The notes beneath the pieces were generated by a model. The model was not told the DNA's origin. It was given only the letters and a program-made list of their open reading frames with translations, and did not search any database. A DNA stretch of 64,000 bases from contig OZ024740.1 of assembly GCA_964016885.1 (NCBI GenBank), positions 314,526,001 to 314,590,000 of the forward strand, in the 5' to 3' direction. Shown here piece after piece: positions 12,033-25,441 of this stretch. Made by a program: the position numbers and the translations under genes. This DNA comes from Eledone cirrhosa. Its lineage: Eukaryota. Every line of letters starts with the position of its first letter. Position 1 is the first letter of the stretch.

Positions 12033-12381
12033 GTATAAAGAAAGTGCTCAAGCACAGAAATGGCAACTTCTTTTTCCATCTTTTAAGGGTCTTCACCCTA
12101 TTTTGTAAACAATTTAACATAGTCATTTTGTTATTGAAATAATTGAGTAAAAAAAAAAAATAAGATTTTAAGAAAATAATATTGCCAAAATAAAGTGAGA
12201 ATGAATTCTTTCGTTAAAATTTATTAGATTTAAAGAAAAAATAAGAAAATACTTCCGCTTCTTAATTTATCAATATTATTTTCTTAAAATCTGTTATACA
12301 AATTATTCAGGGTGTGTATATATATATATATATATTTAAAACTATATATGTATGCATATATATATATAAATATATATAAAT

Positions 12382-12434
12382 GAGCTTCCTGATGATTTCT
12401 CACGAATGAAACAGTTCTAGTTCTGTAGAAGCTC
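12382..12434 (+). ncRNA. Type I hammerhead ribozyme motif (Penelope-like element end)
   Basis: Stem I gagcttc/gaagctc; CTGATGA 12389-12395; stem II ttc/gaa; GAAA 12408-12411; stem III acag/ctgt; predicted cleavage after GUA at 12427. The 10.1-11.1 pair is U.U, not G-C. Confidence 0.7.
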
Positions 12435-12589
12435 TTCTATATTAAAACAATATATAAATATACATATAGTTTATATTTATTTTTATAATTATTTCATATT
12501 TAATGAAGGAAATCAGTAATTCCAATAAAAAATAAAACAACTTAAGATATTTGTTTTTTGATTTTTAGTTGTCTTTACATACATTATGT

Positions 12590-13180
12590 TCATCATCATC
12601 GCTGTTTAATGTCCATTCTTTCACGCTAGCATAGGTTAGATGAGTTGTCCCATTGTGAGACAAGTTAGATTCTGCTCATACAGAACTGTTTCTGGCTTGG
12701 TTTCTACAGGTGGATGCTCTTCCTAATGCCAACCACATTTACAGTGTAGACAAGGTGCTTTTTGTTGTGACACCAACATGATCATTTTACAGTGTGAACT
12801 GGGTGCTTTTTCCCGTGATACCAACCTGACCACTTTATAGTGTGGACTGGGCCCTTTTTGTTGTGACACCAACATGACCACTTTACAGTGTGGACTGGGC
12901 CCTTTTTGTTGTGACACCAACATGACCACTTTACATTGTGGATTGGGCCCTTTTTGTTGTAACACCAACATGACCACTTTACAGTGTAGACTGGGTGTTG
13001 TTTGTTGTGACACCAACAAGACCACTTTATAGTGTAGACTGGGCCCTTTTTGTTGTGACACCAACATGACCACTTTACAGTGTGGATTGGGCCCTTTTTG
13101 ACATGACATCTACATGACCACTTTGCACTGTGGACTGGGTGCTTTTTGACATGACACTATACAGTGTGGACTGGGTACTT
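12590..13180 (-). repeat. RTE-type tail element with 48-bp minisatellite expansion (about 8-9 units)
   Basis: Unit gaccactttacagtgtggactgggccctttttgttgtgacaccaacat; 16-aa periodicity in ORF 12723-13109. Confidence 0.85.
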
Positions 13181-15028
13181 TTCATTTATAAATATTGATT
13201 TCTCTCTTCGGCACAGGATCAACATTTGTTGATGTAGGCTGTAGTCAAGTGTAATAAAACCAGTGTATTACTGGTATTTATTGTGTCTAAAGAGATGAAA
13301 AGCAAAAGTCAACTGAAATATAATTAACATTTTTTTTTTAATTGCAAAAATTAATGTATTGGATTTACATGATGGAAATATGTAACTCTTCAAGCAGAAC
13401 TTTTCCTTGGAGAATTGAAGAATCTTTGATAATATTCTGTTGCAAACATTATATATTTCCTTCCCTCATAGCAAATTTAGATATCTTATATTTTATTTTT
13501 TTCTATTATTGACTCTTTGAGATTAACTTTGCCTTCCATCCATTCACGGCTGATAAAAAAATATCAGTTTAGTACTGGGGTCAATTCTTCCTCTATATCT
13601 CTTTCTCACTTCCATTCCCTCACTCTTTCTATCCTTCTCTGGTAGAAATCTGCTGGGGAAAGATGGGCTCTGCCAAGCTTACAAAATGCCCTAGAAACAC
13701 TGTACATCAATATGGCACCCCTACGACTCCCCAGGAGTTATGGGACCATACAATTTTCCCCAAATTTTCGCAACCAAAAATTTGCAAAATAATAATAAAC
13801 ATAAAAATGAGGTCCCGGCACTTCGGGTCTTGTTACCTAATTTATGATATTTTGTCTATTTACTACTTTAACTAAGTAGAATTTATACACTTCATTGAGA
13901 GGTCATAGACAGGAGTTCAGATACTGTCTAGCATAGATGATTTTCCTCTGGGGTTAAGATATGCCTATGAGAAACACAACCTTTGGCCTTTATGATGCAT
14001 GGTAGATATTCAAGACTTATTTTAGGAAAAAAGTAGTGTCTTCGACACTGAGAAATATGGTATATATACATTATTGACTATATTGCTTATACAGTTCATC
14101 ACTAGTTTCATTAAATTCTAATCGTTAGAAATATTGATATCAACTCAATAATTAAATAACTAGAACAGTGAATTTGCAGAATCATTAACATGTCAGTCAA
14201 AATGACTTGCAGATTTTGTTCCAATTCTCTGTATTCTGAGATGAACTTTGTCTTTTATCTTTATGGGATCAATAAAGTAAATGTCAAGTATTAGGTCAAT
14301 ATAATCGATTGCTCCCTTCCCTAAGACTTGAGACCATCATCATCATCACCATCACCATCGTACTGTTATGTAGATGATACAACCTATCCTTCTTAACATT
14401 CTACCCATAGCTATCCATAATCAACTTAGCTATTTCTCACCAGATATGCATCATGACTGACGAAAGGTGTTGAAGATAGAAAAACTTATTCTCATTTAAT
14501 AGCACCAAGACATGAAAGGCAAAGTTAAGTTCAGCAAGATTTGAACTCAGAATGTAAAAGGTTATAACTCTATGCCTTGAAGCATGGTATCCGATGCTCG
14601 ACCGATATTCCCAATCCACCGCCCTTGTAAAAGCTGTAATAATGAGATGTGCATTTGGAATCTCTGTTGGTTAGAGATATAAGTGGGGGAATAAAAAGAT
14701 TGTGGTGGTGAGAATAAATTTGATCAAGATAGCAATATTTTTGCAGGAAGAAAAGTTTTGTTTAGGTGGAAGATGTTAGCTTATAGGTAAACATGTAGAA
14801 GCCATGCTTATGGGATGTGGGTGGGAATATTGTCAGGGAATAAAGATAGTATAGCAAAATTTCAGAATTTTCTCTTATTCATACCATTATCTGATTGGTC
14901 AATGTCGGCAGGTACTCAGGCAATCAACATGGAGCTTTTTTCTTTCCTGAGCCAATTTAGACTATAAATAGAGTAAACATCTGTTGTGTTGTGTTCCTCA
15001 CCTCAATGACTGTACATTGCTGTGTTGC

Positions 15029-15311
15029 CAGAGGCGTAGCTAGGGTATGGCAAGCGTGGGTGCCACTTGATGGGGGTGCACTTGGACTAGGAGCACATTC
15101 TTTTAAAGTCAAATAAGCCTCATCAGAGAGTGAAAAAAGAAACTCCTTCAGATGTATGATCTGTCTCTGATTATCATGGGTGAGAATACTATGGTGGCTG
15201 GATCATTAAACCATTTATATAAAATATTAGGCCTATAGGTAAAAATACAGTGCTGGGCAAGGGCACAATTTCAGTTTGCCATAGGCACTATTTTCTCTGG
15301 TTATGCCTCTG
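15029..15311. mobile_element. hAT-type MITE
   Basis: TIR cagaggcgtagc / gttatgcctctg; 8-bp TSD TGTGTTGC (15021-15028, 15312-15319). Confidence 0.85.
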
Positions 15312-16673
15312 TGTGTTGCTATAAAATTTTGCATACTCCTATTTGACCTTTCTTTCCTCATTACTAAGGTATTCAACAATAACAAATATATAACAAATTT
15401 ACAACAGGAAACTCTCTGAACATGGCAATAACAGCTAAAGAACTAAAGACAATTTTACAACAGTCTCAGTTCAAAGCAGCTTAATTACAACTGAGTGAAA
15501 CCTTGACCAAGCAAATGACAGTTCAGTCAAGTTACTGATTCAGCTTCCATCTACACAATTACAAATAACATCATAGAGGTCTGTTATGATCCTAATGTAG
15601 GTAGGATTTTTTATATCAAAGATATTTCTATTTTTTTAAATGAAGCTGAACTGTTGGCCGGGACCATGAGGCAGGTGACATCTTAGGGTAGAAGCAGGGT
15701 GGTAGTGAGTCAGGCTACACACGAGGAAATTGGGTATAACAGAACACACAAGATATTGTAATTTCATTCTACCAAGGAATGGAAAAGATTTAACTTTTGA
15801 CCAGACCATACAACTATCAGAAATATTTGGTGAACATTCATCATTGTTCAATATTCGATATCCGTGCATAAGATTGATTAAGCAAGAAGGTAAAGACTAT
15901 ATTACTTATGCAGGTAGAGTCAATCTTGAGTACAAACAGTTCAAGTTACTTACTATGACAGAAGACTAGTTTAAATGCTTGAGTTTTATTTACAGCATAC
16001 AGTTATATATTAACAGTAACATACCAACTAGATTACTGAAGAAAATTGAACAATCTCCAGACATCATGCTGCAAACAATCACACATAAGTGCCAACATCG
16101 CTCTCAAAACCTCAAACATGACATAGTTATGTTGGTATGTCTACCATCCAACCTCACCTTTAATATCTCCAAGAAGACTTCATCTCATGCAAGCACTGAT
16201 GAATTAAATCCATCATTGGCCTACTGGGAGTATAGTGAATAGCATTGTGTTAGGTGGTGTCCCTATAAAAAGCACAAGTGTTCAATGTGCCAATGAGGCC
16301 ACAGTGAAACCCAATGCTAAGAAAGGAAGTTGAACTGAACACAACGTAGGAATTAGAGATCAAGTAACTTAAAATGAGTGGTGATAATTTTGAACATATA
16401 ATTTTAACATATGAGTGGACAGAGAAATGATCAGTTTACAACTTGATGCAGTCTCAGATTTTACAACTGTATGAACTCATAGCTGGAAAGCTATCAGTTC
16501 ACTCATGTACAAGACAACCACAACTATGATTATGAATGCATTAGGAAGCAAGTTGCAGCTACTTTATGAATTCAATTGTGATATAAAAGTTACTGATCAT
16601 TTTGGTCAGGGCAGTCTCCCTAGTCTCTTGTGAGCTGAACCTTTTTGGCATCGACTGATAAACCAGATGTGTG

Positions 16674-17072
16674 CATCATCATCATCATCATCATCGTTTT
16701 ACGTCCGTTCTTCCATGCTAGCATGGGTTAGACGGGTTGTCCTGTTGTGGGCAGTGTCCGGTTGGCTGACCTTGTCTTGCTCATACGGGAACTGATTCTG
16801 GCTTGATTTCTACAGATTGATGCCCTTCCTAACACCAACCTCATTTACAGTGAGTGCTGGGTGCTTTTTTGCTGTGGCACCTCCACGACCACTTTGCAGT
16901 GGAATAATAGGGACCCCAGTCCCTATCATCTCATTTCTACAGCTGAGTAAACTGGAGCAATGTGAAATAAAGTGTCTTGCTCAAGGAAATAACATATCAC
17001 CCGGTCCGAGAATTGAACTCACAACCTTTCGATTGCAAGCCCAATGCTCTAACCACTAAGCCATGTGCCTTC
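16674..17072 (-). mobile_element. tRNA-derived SINE with RTE-type (ATG)n tail, inserted in the Gypsy remnant
   Basis: Head ggcacatggcttagtggttagagc...gtgagttcaattc on minus strand; homologous to 24605-24942. Confidence 0.85.
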
Positions 17073-17527
17073 ATATATATATGTGTGTGTGTATGTAAAA
17101 GGTAAACAGAAATAACAAAACAAACGGCACAGTGCATGGAAGAGATATATTAATTTAACACTTGAATTAGCAAGGAAAGAGTCTCAACGTTACAGACACT
17201 AGTTCTTCATCAGAAGATAGAGTTAAAAATAGAAGATAAATAGAAAGTAAAGAGTGATAAGAGGAAGGAACGGGGGAAAATGAGGAAATATATATATATA
17301 TATCAACACCAAACCAGATATTAAAAGTGACAAATACATAAAAACTTAAGAATGACATCTCCAGCATTCTCCAAAAGAAATATAATGTGTTCAATGGTCT
17401 TGGATGCTGCACCAAAAGCAAAGCAGTTTTTCACTTGCATCCAAATGCTCAACCAATATTCAAACCAAAAAGGCCAGTACTACACAAGGCTCTGCCAACT
17501 GTTGAGGCTGAACTGGAATGCTTAGAG

Positions 17528-17851
17528 CAGAGGTGCTCAAACTTTTTGGGCCACCGCCCACCCTCACCTTATGGTCACATAATGCCCTAAGCGCCCCCAC
17601 TCCTATTTCCAAAGAGACCTGCCAATATGCAAATGTTAATGATATATAAATAAAATCGTTAATTTATATATAATAAATAATATAATATATACTATGTATA
17701 AATAAATATTATATATTTTTTATTTTACTATATATATAATATGTATCATTTGCTATTTAATATACTATTATATCATCTCTGCCTCCTTAGGCCCCAGCAC
17801 CCCCTGGACCTTCTCAAAGCTCCCCAGTAGCACCCACTTTGAGAACCTCTG
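17528..17851. mobile_element. hAT (Charlie-like) MITE inside the Gypsy RT
   Basis: TIR cagaggtgctcaaa / tttgagaacctctg; 8-bp TSD GCTTAGAG; excision restores ELECLEEAGVLQVVN. Confidence 0.9.
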
Positions 17852-19599
17852 GCTTAGAGGAGGCTGGAGTTCTGCAAGTGGTAAACTGCATGGGCAGTAC
17901 CAATCATGGTCATCAAAAAACCATGTGACATGGTGTGTATGTATGCTGGTTACACCACCAGTCAAAATGGTGCAATAATATCCACTATCAAATGATATTT
18001 TCATCAATATGAACGGTGGGACCTATTTTGCAAAGCTGGATCTCTCAGATGCTTAGCTGCAGGTTGGAATTTTGGAAGAATCGAGACATCTGCTAACAAT
18101 GGATGCATACTCCTGTCTGACTTGTCTTTTCTCATTATTAAGGGATTCAGCAGTAAGATAGAACAGTTATTTTTAATTTAACAATCAATCGACAAGATTC
18201 CAGATCTCATTTGTTTATTGAATGGGGTGAAACTTGTCAAATCAGATCAAGAATACAATGTTTCCATGTCTGATATTATCTACCAGTCACAACTCCTGGT
18301 AGATAGAGAATGGCATATATTAGAGCCACATAGATTTAGAAAATTGTTCCTTATTAAACTCAACACATACTTTTAGTTGAAATTTTTTTAGTTAAAATAA
18401 ATTAAAGCTGGAGTGTGGTGACTAAACAACAGGTCTAAAATCTGTCTTGAGCCCAAAGGCTCATCAGGCTGGTGTTTATCCCAGTTTCTGTGGCCTTAAG
18501 CAACTGAGAGTACATGACTGCCTCATGAACAGGATGCCAGCCCATTGGAGGGTTAATCCCCCAACTATTGTTGATGCTCATTTTCAGCTGAGTTTACTGG
18601 AGCAATGTGAAATGAAGTGTTTTTCTTAAGAACACACAACCAAGTCCCAGAATCAAACCTACGACATTATGATCGGAAGTCCAACACACTTACCACTAGG
18701 CCAAGGGCCTCCATAGTGGTAATCACCACAATAAAGTCACCTACATCTCTTGAAAATAGATGTGATATTGGCATTGCTTTATTCTTGTGTAATTGAGTCA
18801 CGCCCAAATGTAGGACATTAACTGAACACACACACAAACACACTCACAATGATACACACAGCCACAACACACATGTACATAAATTCACCTCTTCACCACC
18901 AATCTAATCTATTGTTCAGTCTCTACATTCTGAATGATAGCTGAAACTTTTCTTCCCTTGTTTTATCATGTTCCCTGTCCATAGGTGGCAGTGTTTTAGC
19001 TAATTTACATACTGCTAGAGCTAGTGTGTTTAAATGAGGATTCCCTTCTTCTAAGTACTTTACCATTTAGTAGGAATGAAACATGTCAGCCAAACAAATT
19101 GATATAAGTAGAATGGTATGATCTGCCTTAAGAAATAACAATAGTTATAATGTTAAATATTCCAACAGCTTAAATTCGTAGTAAATGTAGTCATGGAGCT
19201 CCCAGAATATTACACTGGTTGATTCAGTCCCCCCCCCCCCCACACACACACACACAGAGAAAAATATGCATCTAACTATAAATTTTCTCTTAGAATTCGT
19301 CAAATATCCGCATTTACACACTTTTCCAACCCATTATTAACTAGAGAAAGAAAAATATGGAAAAATATTTTCCTTAAAATTTTCTTAATGAACCAAAAGA
19401 CACTATAAAGAAATCATTGATAAAAAAAAACAAACAAAGACATACAGTATTTGATTAATAAAGGTCTATCTTTAACTAACCATTAATTAGTGTTTTTAGA
19501 AATAAATTACGCTTTCCGGTTAAAGACAAGTGCATTAAGGCACCCCCAAAATAATGACTTCTTTGTGGCATTTAGAGATTTGTATCAATGGCCTATTTT

Positions 19600-19909
19600 A
19601 AAAGTTTCTCTCTAAAAAGAAAAAGTTTCTCACGCACGCATAATAAATATATAGTTAACACACGGCATCAGTGTCAGTAACGACAACTGGTTCTATGTCG
19701 CGGAAGTTATAGCTGTCCGGCTTTGCAATGTCATCAAAACCGGAGTTTCAATAAAATCCCTACTACTACTACTACTACAATCACTTACTTTCCATACTCT
19801 AAAAAGAGCTAAAACTTTGTAGTACACCCTAACCTTACTTGATTCTTCAGTTATCGAAAGAACTTGGTTTAATTTATCATACTTTACTTGGTGTTTATCT
19901 AATTCCATT
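19600..19909 (+). promoter_or_regulatory. Putative promoter/5' UTR of the FAM89-like gene
   Basis: Unique, relatively CpG-richer sequence directly upstream of the first coding ATG; TSS not determinable. Confidence 0.45.
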
Positions 19910-19983
19910 ATGGATTGGAATACAAATTGTCGATCAACAGTTTCTGTCCAGGGACTGCCTCCGTTCCCTCGATGTTTCAGCAG
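19910..19983 (+). CDS. FAM89: FAM89-like exon 1
   Basis: MDWNTNCRSTVSVQGLPPFPRCFS(R) resembles the FAM89 GLPPLPKSLS motif; ends ag|gtcagt; phase 2 fits acceptor at 33448. Confidence 0.85.
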
Positions 19984-20215
19984 GTCAGTACCAGCCATAC
20001 TACTACTTTGTCACACTTGTTTGATACTCCAATTACAACTATCATCTCTAAACTTTACTATCACTGTATACTGGATACAAAAACTAATAACAACCTGTTC
20101 TTTATTTCTTTTGATTGTAATATAAGTTTGTGGTAAGAAAAATGGAAATAATGCATACAAACGCGAAATTACTTGTGTCGACTATGTATAACGCAAACAC
20201 TGATTTGTTGACATA

Positions 20216-20313
<98 letters not shown>

Positions 20314-20411
20314 CATTGCCATAGATCTCGAAGAAATTGAAAATTTCTCAGCCGATTAATAGGATTCGCTTAGTATGCTCCGCTTACATATGTATGTGTG
20401 TATATACATAT

Positions 20412-20463
<52 letters not shown>

Positions 20464-21108
20464 TAACAGACACGACCTTACCCGACAAGCGAACCTTAGC
20501 CTTATCTCTAACCCTTACAACTAACCCTAACTTATATATATGCAATACGTTCAGTTAATTGAACGAGATATTTTCATTTTCTTCGTTCAAGAACTATTAT
20601 GAATGATACCCAATATTTTGATTAACGTAATTAAATGATATTTTGACATTAAGAAAAGCTTGCTTTTTTCTTTCTTTTCTTTTTTGTTATAATGGTGAAA
20701 TTATTTTGTTTAACACTTCTAATGATTTCTTTCTTTATTTTTATTATAATAAGATAATTAACAAAAAGAGTTGTTTCCATAAACTTGTATAATCAGCGTT
20801 TTTTTATTATTATTGGGGGGGGGGGGGTCACATTTCCAATCCAAAAAAGGTTGCCGACCACTGTTTTAGATTATACAAAATTCCTATTAATACATATCAA
20901 TTCTTTCTTCCAATTTCAATTTACTGTTCTCAAAGAATATAATCTTTCTGATTGATATATCTTTACGTCTTTGCGATAATTTTTCTCTTCATATTCGACG
21001 GCTCTAACGATCCGGATTCATTCAAAAGTTCTATAGTATGGTCACTACCTATAGTTTGGAAGTGTCGAGGTCAAGAACGGTTTCTTACACACGTATTAGG
21101 CAAATTAC

Positions 21109-21143
<35 letters not shown>

Positions 21144-21201
21144 ATACACACAAATATACAATATGACAAAAGATCAAGTTTAACAACTTATAAATATATC
21201 T

Positions 21202-21277
21202 ACAGGGTGTCCCCAAAAGTGTATACACATATTTATTAGAATGCTGTTGAAGTGTGTATACATTTTTGGGACACCCA

Positions 21278-21280
<3 letters not shown>
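21202..21280. mobile_element. Tiny Tc1/mariner-type MITE
   Basis: ta cagggtgtccccaaaagtgtatacac...gtgtatacatttttgggacacccag ta. Confidence 0.75.
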
Positions 21281-21371
<91 letters not shown>

Positions 21372-22164
21372 ATATATGTATGTATTATAGAGTAAAATGA
21401 CAGGAGGCTGGATTGGTGAAATTCCTTCAAAGATTTATTACAAACACTATGTATATATATATGTGTGTGTGTTCCTGAGTGGTTTGGAGGGGGTGACCAT
21501 AGTTTAAAAAAGGACTCAGTACGTTGGTAGAATATAGGCATCCTTATATAAAAAAATGACTGTTTCCTTCGTATGAAATCATCAGAAATGATATACATTT
21601 TGTAAAAGTGGAAAATTGCGGCCGAATTAAAAATAAAACCAATGATATTGGTTATGGTAAAAAAAAAGTAACTTGGCTTTAGTGAAATGCTGAAACAAAA
21701 GCGACCCCACCCCCACCGTAATATTTCGTTTTTATTGTTTTTTTGAAATTTTCTTTGGATTCATAAATTTAAAACATAGATTTTTGAAATTTTAATTTTT
21801 CACTATATTCTGGCAACCAAGCCTTAACCTCTAAACACAAGATCAACTCCAAATAAAATTTTTTTTTTTTTTTTATATACTCTAATCTCTTGTTTTTAAT
21901 GTAGAAATCTTATGAAATTTCCGGAGTAAACGAAAAGAAAATACGGAAATTGGGGTAGGGCAAACCGCTGTTTTATGAAGATAATGTAGTGATCAATTGC
22001 ATTTACTTGCATATATATGGTGACACAAGAAAAGCATGCAGTCTGCCCTATAAGTTAGTCGTGCTGGTGATAAGACAAAAAGTGCCCAGTCCACCACCCT
22101 GTAAGGTGATAAAAAGCAGACAGTTCACTCTGTTAGATGATCGTTTTGATGCCACGATAAAAAG

Positions 22165-22227
<63 letters not shown>

Positions 22228-22519
22228 TATCTGTGATGTGAAGACTGTGAAGACCACAAATCAAAGTAGTACTCAATGCATGGTAGGATGCAGAGTGGGT
22301 ATATTAATAAGGAGGAAATTTGACCGCAAGCTCAGAAGGTTTTAGCTTAACCTTATTAATATGTATAAATATATATATATAAATGCATCTCTCAGTGTAT
22401 AGGGAAAGCCACAAATGCATTTGGAATGAGAGAGGCATAAAACTGGACTGAGATACAGGTTTATGAAACTGTTGTACTGACCACACTCTTACATGGATCA
22501 GTATCTTGGACTCCATATA

Positions 22520-22910
22520 GGTCACACATTGACCAACTAGACCCCTTTCATAAAAGTTGTCTTCATGCCTTCTGACACTGACTCTTCACTAAGGGCAAGA
22601 TTGGAGGCATTGAAACCTTTCTTATGAAATCACATCTACGTTAGGCTGGTCATGTCCTCAGCATGAATGACAAAGGAATACCAGATCTCATGTATAGCTA
22701 GCTTGATGATGGATATAGAAATGTTGGATGGCCATGGCTCAGGTACAAAGACAAGCTGAAGAGTAATCTTTCAGCAACCAATATAACTTATGAGACATTT
22801 AAGCAAGTAGCCTTGGAGCAGAAGAATTGGAGATCTGTGTATCATAATGGGATCGGGAACTTCAAGTCAGGTTGTATGCATAGGCTACAAGAAGCAAGAG
22901 GGAAGAGAAA
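22520..22910 (+). mobile_element. Degenerate RTE (BovB-like) LINE ORF2 3' fragment
   Basis: HLR*AGHVLSMNDKGIP...GYRNVGWPWLRYKDKLKSNL matches the RTE C-terminal W.GH...GRP..R.KD motif. Confidence 0.65.
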
Positions 22911-24086
22911 AGCAACTGTATGCACCTATAACAATGTAGATTGGTGATTATAAATGCACAATAAGCTACTGCACACTGTGTTGTATAATGTTATAGCTGC
23001 AGCTTATCAGTGAGATTACGATCTGTTGAGATGAGGGTCTAATGCAAGAGACTTATATTCAAGGACTCAAAAAGGCCATTACATCCTGGAGGAGAAGTAC
23101 ATGAGGCCAAAGGTGAGATCAGGTGGCGGAGGGACATGATTTCTATTAGTTATAATGTTAATCTTCAATACAGCTGATAGGCTACTATTTTTTTTTCCAT
23201 CAAAATGAATACGTGTATGTAATTGGGTTATGTGAATTAGTATGAAATGTAAAAGGATAAATTTTCTGTTTCAATTATTTCCTTATTAGTCACAACACAC
23301 ACCATAGAGCAGTAGTTGGTGATCCACATGTTTGAGACACATCATCATCATCATCGTTTAACGTCCATCTTCCACGCTTGCATACCTGGTCTAATATTAT
23401 AGAGGCGAGCTGGTAGATTGTTTTAGTGGAAATTGACTAATCAGAGTTTGAGGATTGGTGGGATATTCTTGATAATGACAGTCAACCAATCAGTGCAGTA
23501 TGTACTCTTTAGGGAGTGGCTTCAAATATCTATTATTTCACTTATAGATAATATGGTAAATAAGCTTAATTAGAGGTATATATACACAACCACCTCTATC
23601 AAACCCTCGTCAGCCTGATCAAAAACATTGAGTACCCTATTGTTATGATGTAGTGTTGGCACCACAATAAAATGTACCCAGCCTGCTCTGTAAAGTGGGT
23701 GTGCTGGTGCTATTACAATAAGTACCCAATCCACCCTCTAATGTGGTAGTGTTGATGAAAATCACCCAGTCCACCCTGTAATGTGGTAGGGCTGGAGTCA
23801 TGATAAAATGTTCCTAGTACACACTGTAAAGTGGTTAGCATTAGGAAGGGCATCCAACTATAGAAACTGAGCCCAAAATGGAGCATACAAGCTGGACATA
23901 ATCACCTGACCAGTCTAGCCTCAGTACATAACAGCCAGTCTAACACATGCAAACATGGAAATTATACATTTACAATGAATATGACGTGTGTGTATTATGT
24001 GGTGTGCATGTGAGAGAGAGATTTGGCTGCACAAACGGGAGAAACAAAACTCAATACATGAATAGTGTAATAGTTTCATAGCTTTA

Positions 24087-24370
24087 ATAATAATAATTGT
24101 TTCTACTTTTGGCACAAGGCCAGCAATTACCCAGTGTATTACTGGTACTTTATTTTATCGACCCCATAAGGATGAAAGGCAAAGTTAACCTTGGCAGGAT
24201 TTGAACTCAGAATGGCAAGGGCGGTAACTCTATGCGTCAAAGTATGGCGCCCGACCCTCTACCGATACTGCCAATCCCCCTAATGTTTCTACTTTTGACA
24301 CAAGGCCAACAATTACTACAGTGCATTACTGGTGCTTTATTCTATCCACCCCAAAAGGATGAGAGGCAAA
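24087..24370 (-). mobile_element. Two chained ATT-tailed SINE copies
   Basis: Tail aataataataattgtttctac on plus; head at ~24280 abuts a second copy's tail. Confidence 0.8.
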
Positions 24371-24604
24371 GTTATAGATAATGTACACATGTATGAAGCA
24401 AATGATGTACATATAACTGTGTAATGTGCATGACATGAATAATCTGGTGTGTTTATTTTGAGGCTTATCAATGTATGCAGTGAGTTTCTTTGCCCTACGT
24501 AAGAAGACACTTGGCCAGAAATTGGAACAAAATTGAAGGGAGAGAAAAAACACAAATAATGATAATATGTGTGTGCATGTGCATATTTATATATATATAT
24601 ATAT

Positions 24605-24943
24605 GGAGGCACATGGCTTAGTGGTTAGAGCATTGGCCTTGCAATCGAAAGGTTGTGAGTTCAATTCTCAGACTGGGTAATGTGTTGTTTCCTTGAGCAA
24701 GAAACTTTATTTCACATTGCTCCAGTTTACTCAGCTGTAGAAATGAGATGACAGGGACTGGGGTCCCTATCATTCCACTGCAAAGTGGTTGTGGAGGTGC
24801 CACGGCAAAAAAGCACCCATCACTCACTGTAAATGAGGTTGGTGTTAGGAAGGGCATCCAGCTGTAGAAATCAAGCCAGTATCAGTTCCCGTCCCACCCT
24901 TGCAAGCAGGGAAAAAGCGGACGTAAAATGAAATGATGATGAT
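24605..24943 (+). mobile_element. Full-length tRNA-derived SINE with RTE-type tail
   Basis: A box tggcttagtgg, B box gagttcaattc, central ccttgagcaagaaactttatttcacattgctcc, tail ggacgtaaaatgaaatgatgatgat; inserted in (TA)n. Confidence 0.85.
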
Positions 24944-25037
24944 ATATATATATATGAACCTAATAAGACTTTATATTTTTGCATCTCTGTTTGTTTTATT
25001 TTATTTACCAACTATATATATATATTGTTATACTTTG

Positions 25038-25270
25038 GGAGGGTCACCGACATCCAGAGTTGACATTGCACTCAGTGCTCCTTTGGGAGCCCCTACATGG
25101 ACACACTAGAAGAGGAAGACCAAGGTTAACATATGTTGATGCCCTAAGGACAGACACTGGTCTGTTGGAGATGCAGGATATGGCAGCGATAATGAGGGAC
25201 AGAGACCGCTGGAGAGAACTCGTCCATGGATCTCGGGAATTTTACCCGCCTTAGATAGATAGATAGATAG
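25038..25270 (+). mobile_element. RTE-X-like LINE 3' end with (GATA)n tail
   Basis: GHRHPE...LLWEPLHGHTRRGRPRLTYVDALRTDTGL...MRDRDRWR*. Confidence 0.8.
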
Positions 25271-25396
25271 ATGTTGCCAATAAGAAACACACGCACCAGT
25301 TGCTTTCACTTCAATTTATTATATATTTATAAATTTATAAATTTATAAATTTCTGGTTGGTTGGTTGGTTCCACAACCAGATAGTTGTTTATATAT

Positions 25397-25441
25397 AGTC
25401 ATAGTTCTTTCGTCACACACTCTGTGACCTCTTCAGTGACT
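25397..25441 (-). ncRNA. Mirror copy of the minimal hammerhead motif
   Basis: Exact reverse complement of 25980-26024. Confidence 0.65.

Larger units (their letters stand above)
15420..18110 (+). pseudogene. Decayed Ty3/Gypsy gag-pol with nested insertions
   Basis: gag-like RYCNFILP...EIFGEHSSLFNIRY...DYITYAGRVN; RT-like GLGCCTKSKAVFHLHPNAQPIFKPKRPV...VEAELECLEEAGVLQ and MNGGTYFAKLDLSDA*LQV; stops and frameshifts throughout. Confidence 0.8.

Noticed and set aside
12723-13109. 128-aa repetitive ORF / CRISPR-like periodicity
   Set aside because: 48-bp tandem units with no unique spacers inside a retroposon tail; eukaryotic context and no cas genes
17180-17220. CTGATGA hammerhead-like core on the minus strand
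   Set aside because: GAAA is mutated to GTAA and stems are broken; a decayed Penelope-like remnant, not called functional
20494-20531. Telomere-like taaccctaac
   Set aside because: Only 1-2 degenerate units, not an interstitial telomere array
21555-21590. Hammerhead-family core on the minus strand
   Set aside because: Core and stem II are present but there is no stem I partner; used only as supporting evidence for the family
24605-24680. tRNA-like sequence
   Set aside because: SINE head: A/B boxes continue into SINE body and tail, with no intact cloverleaf
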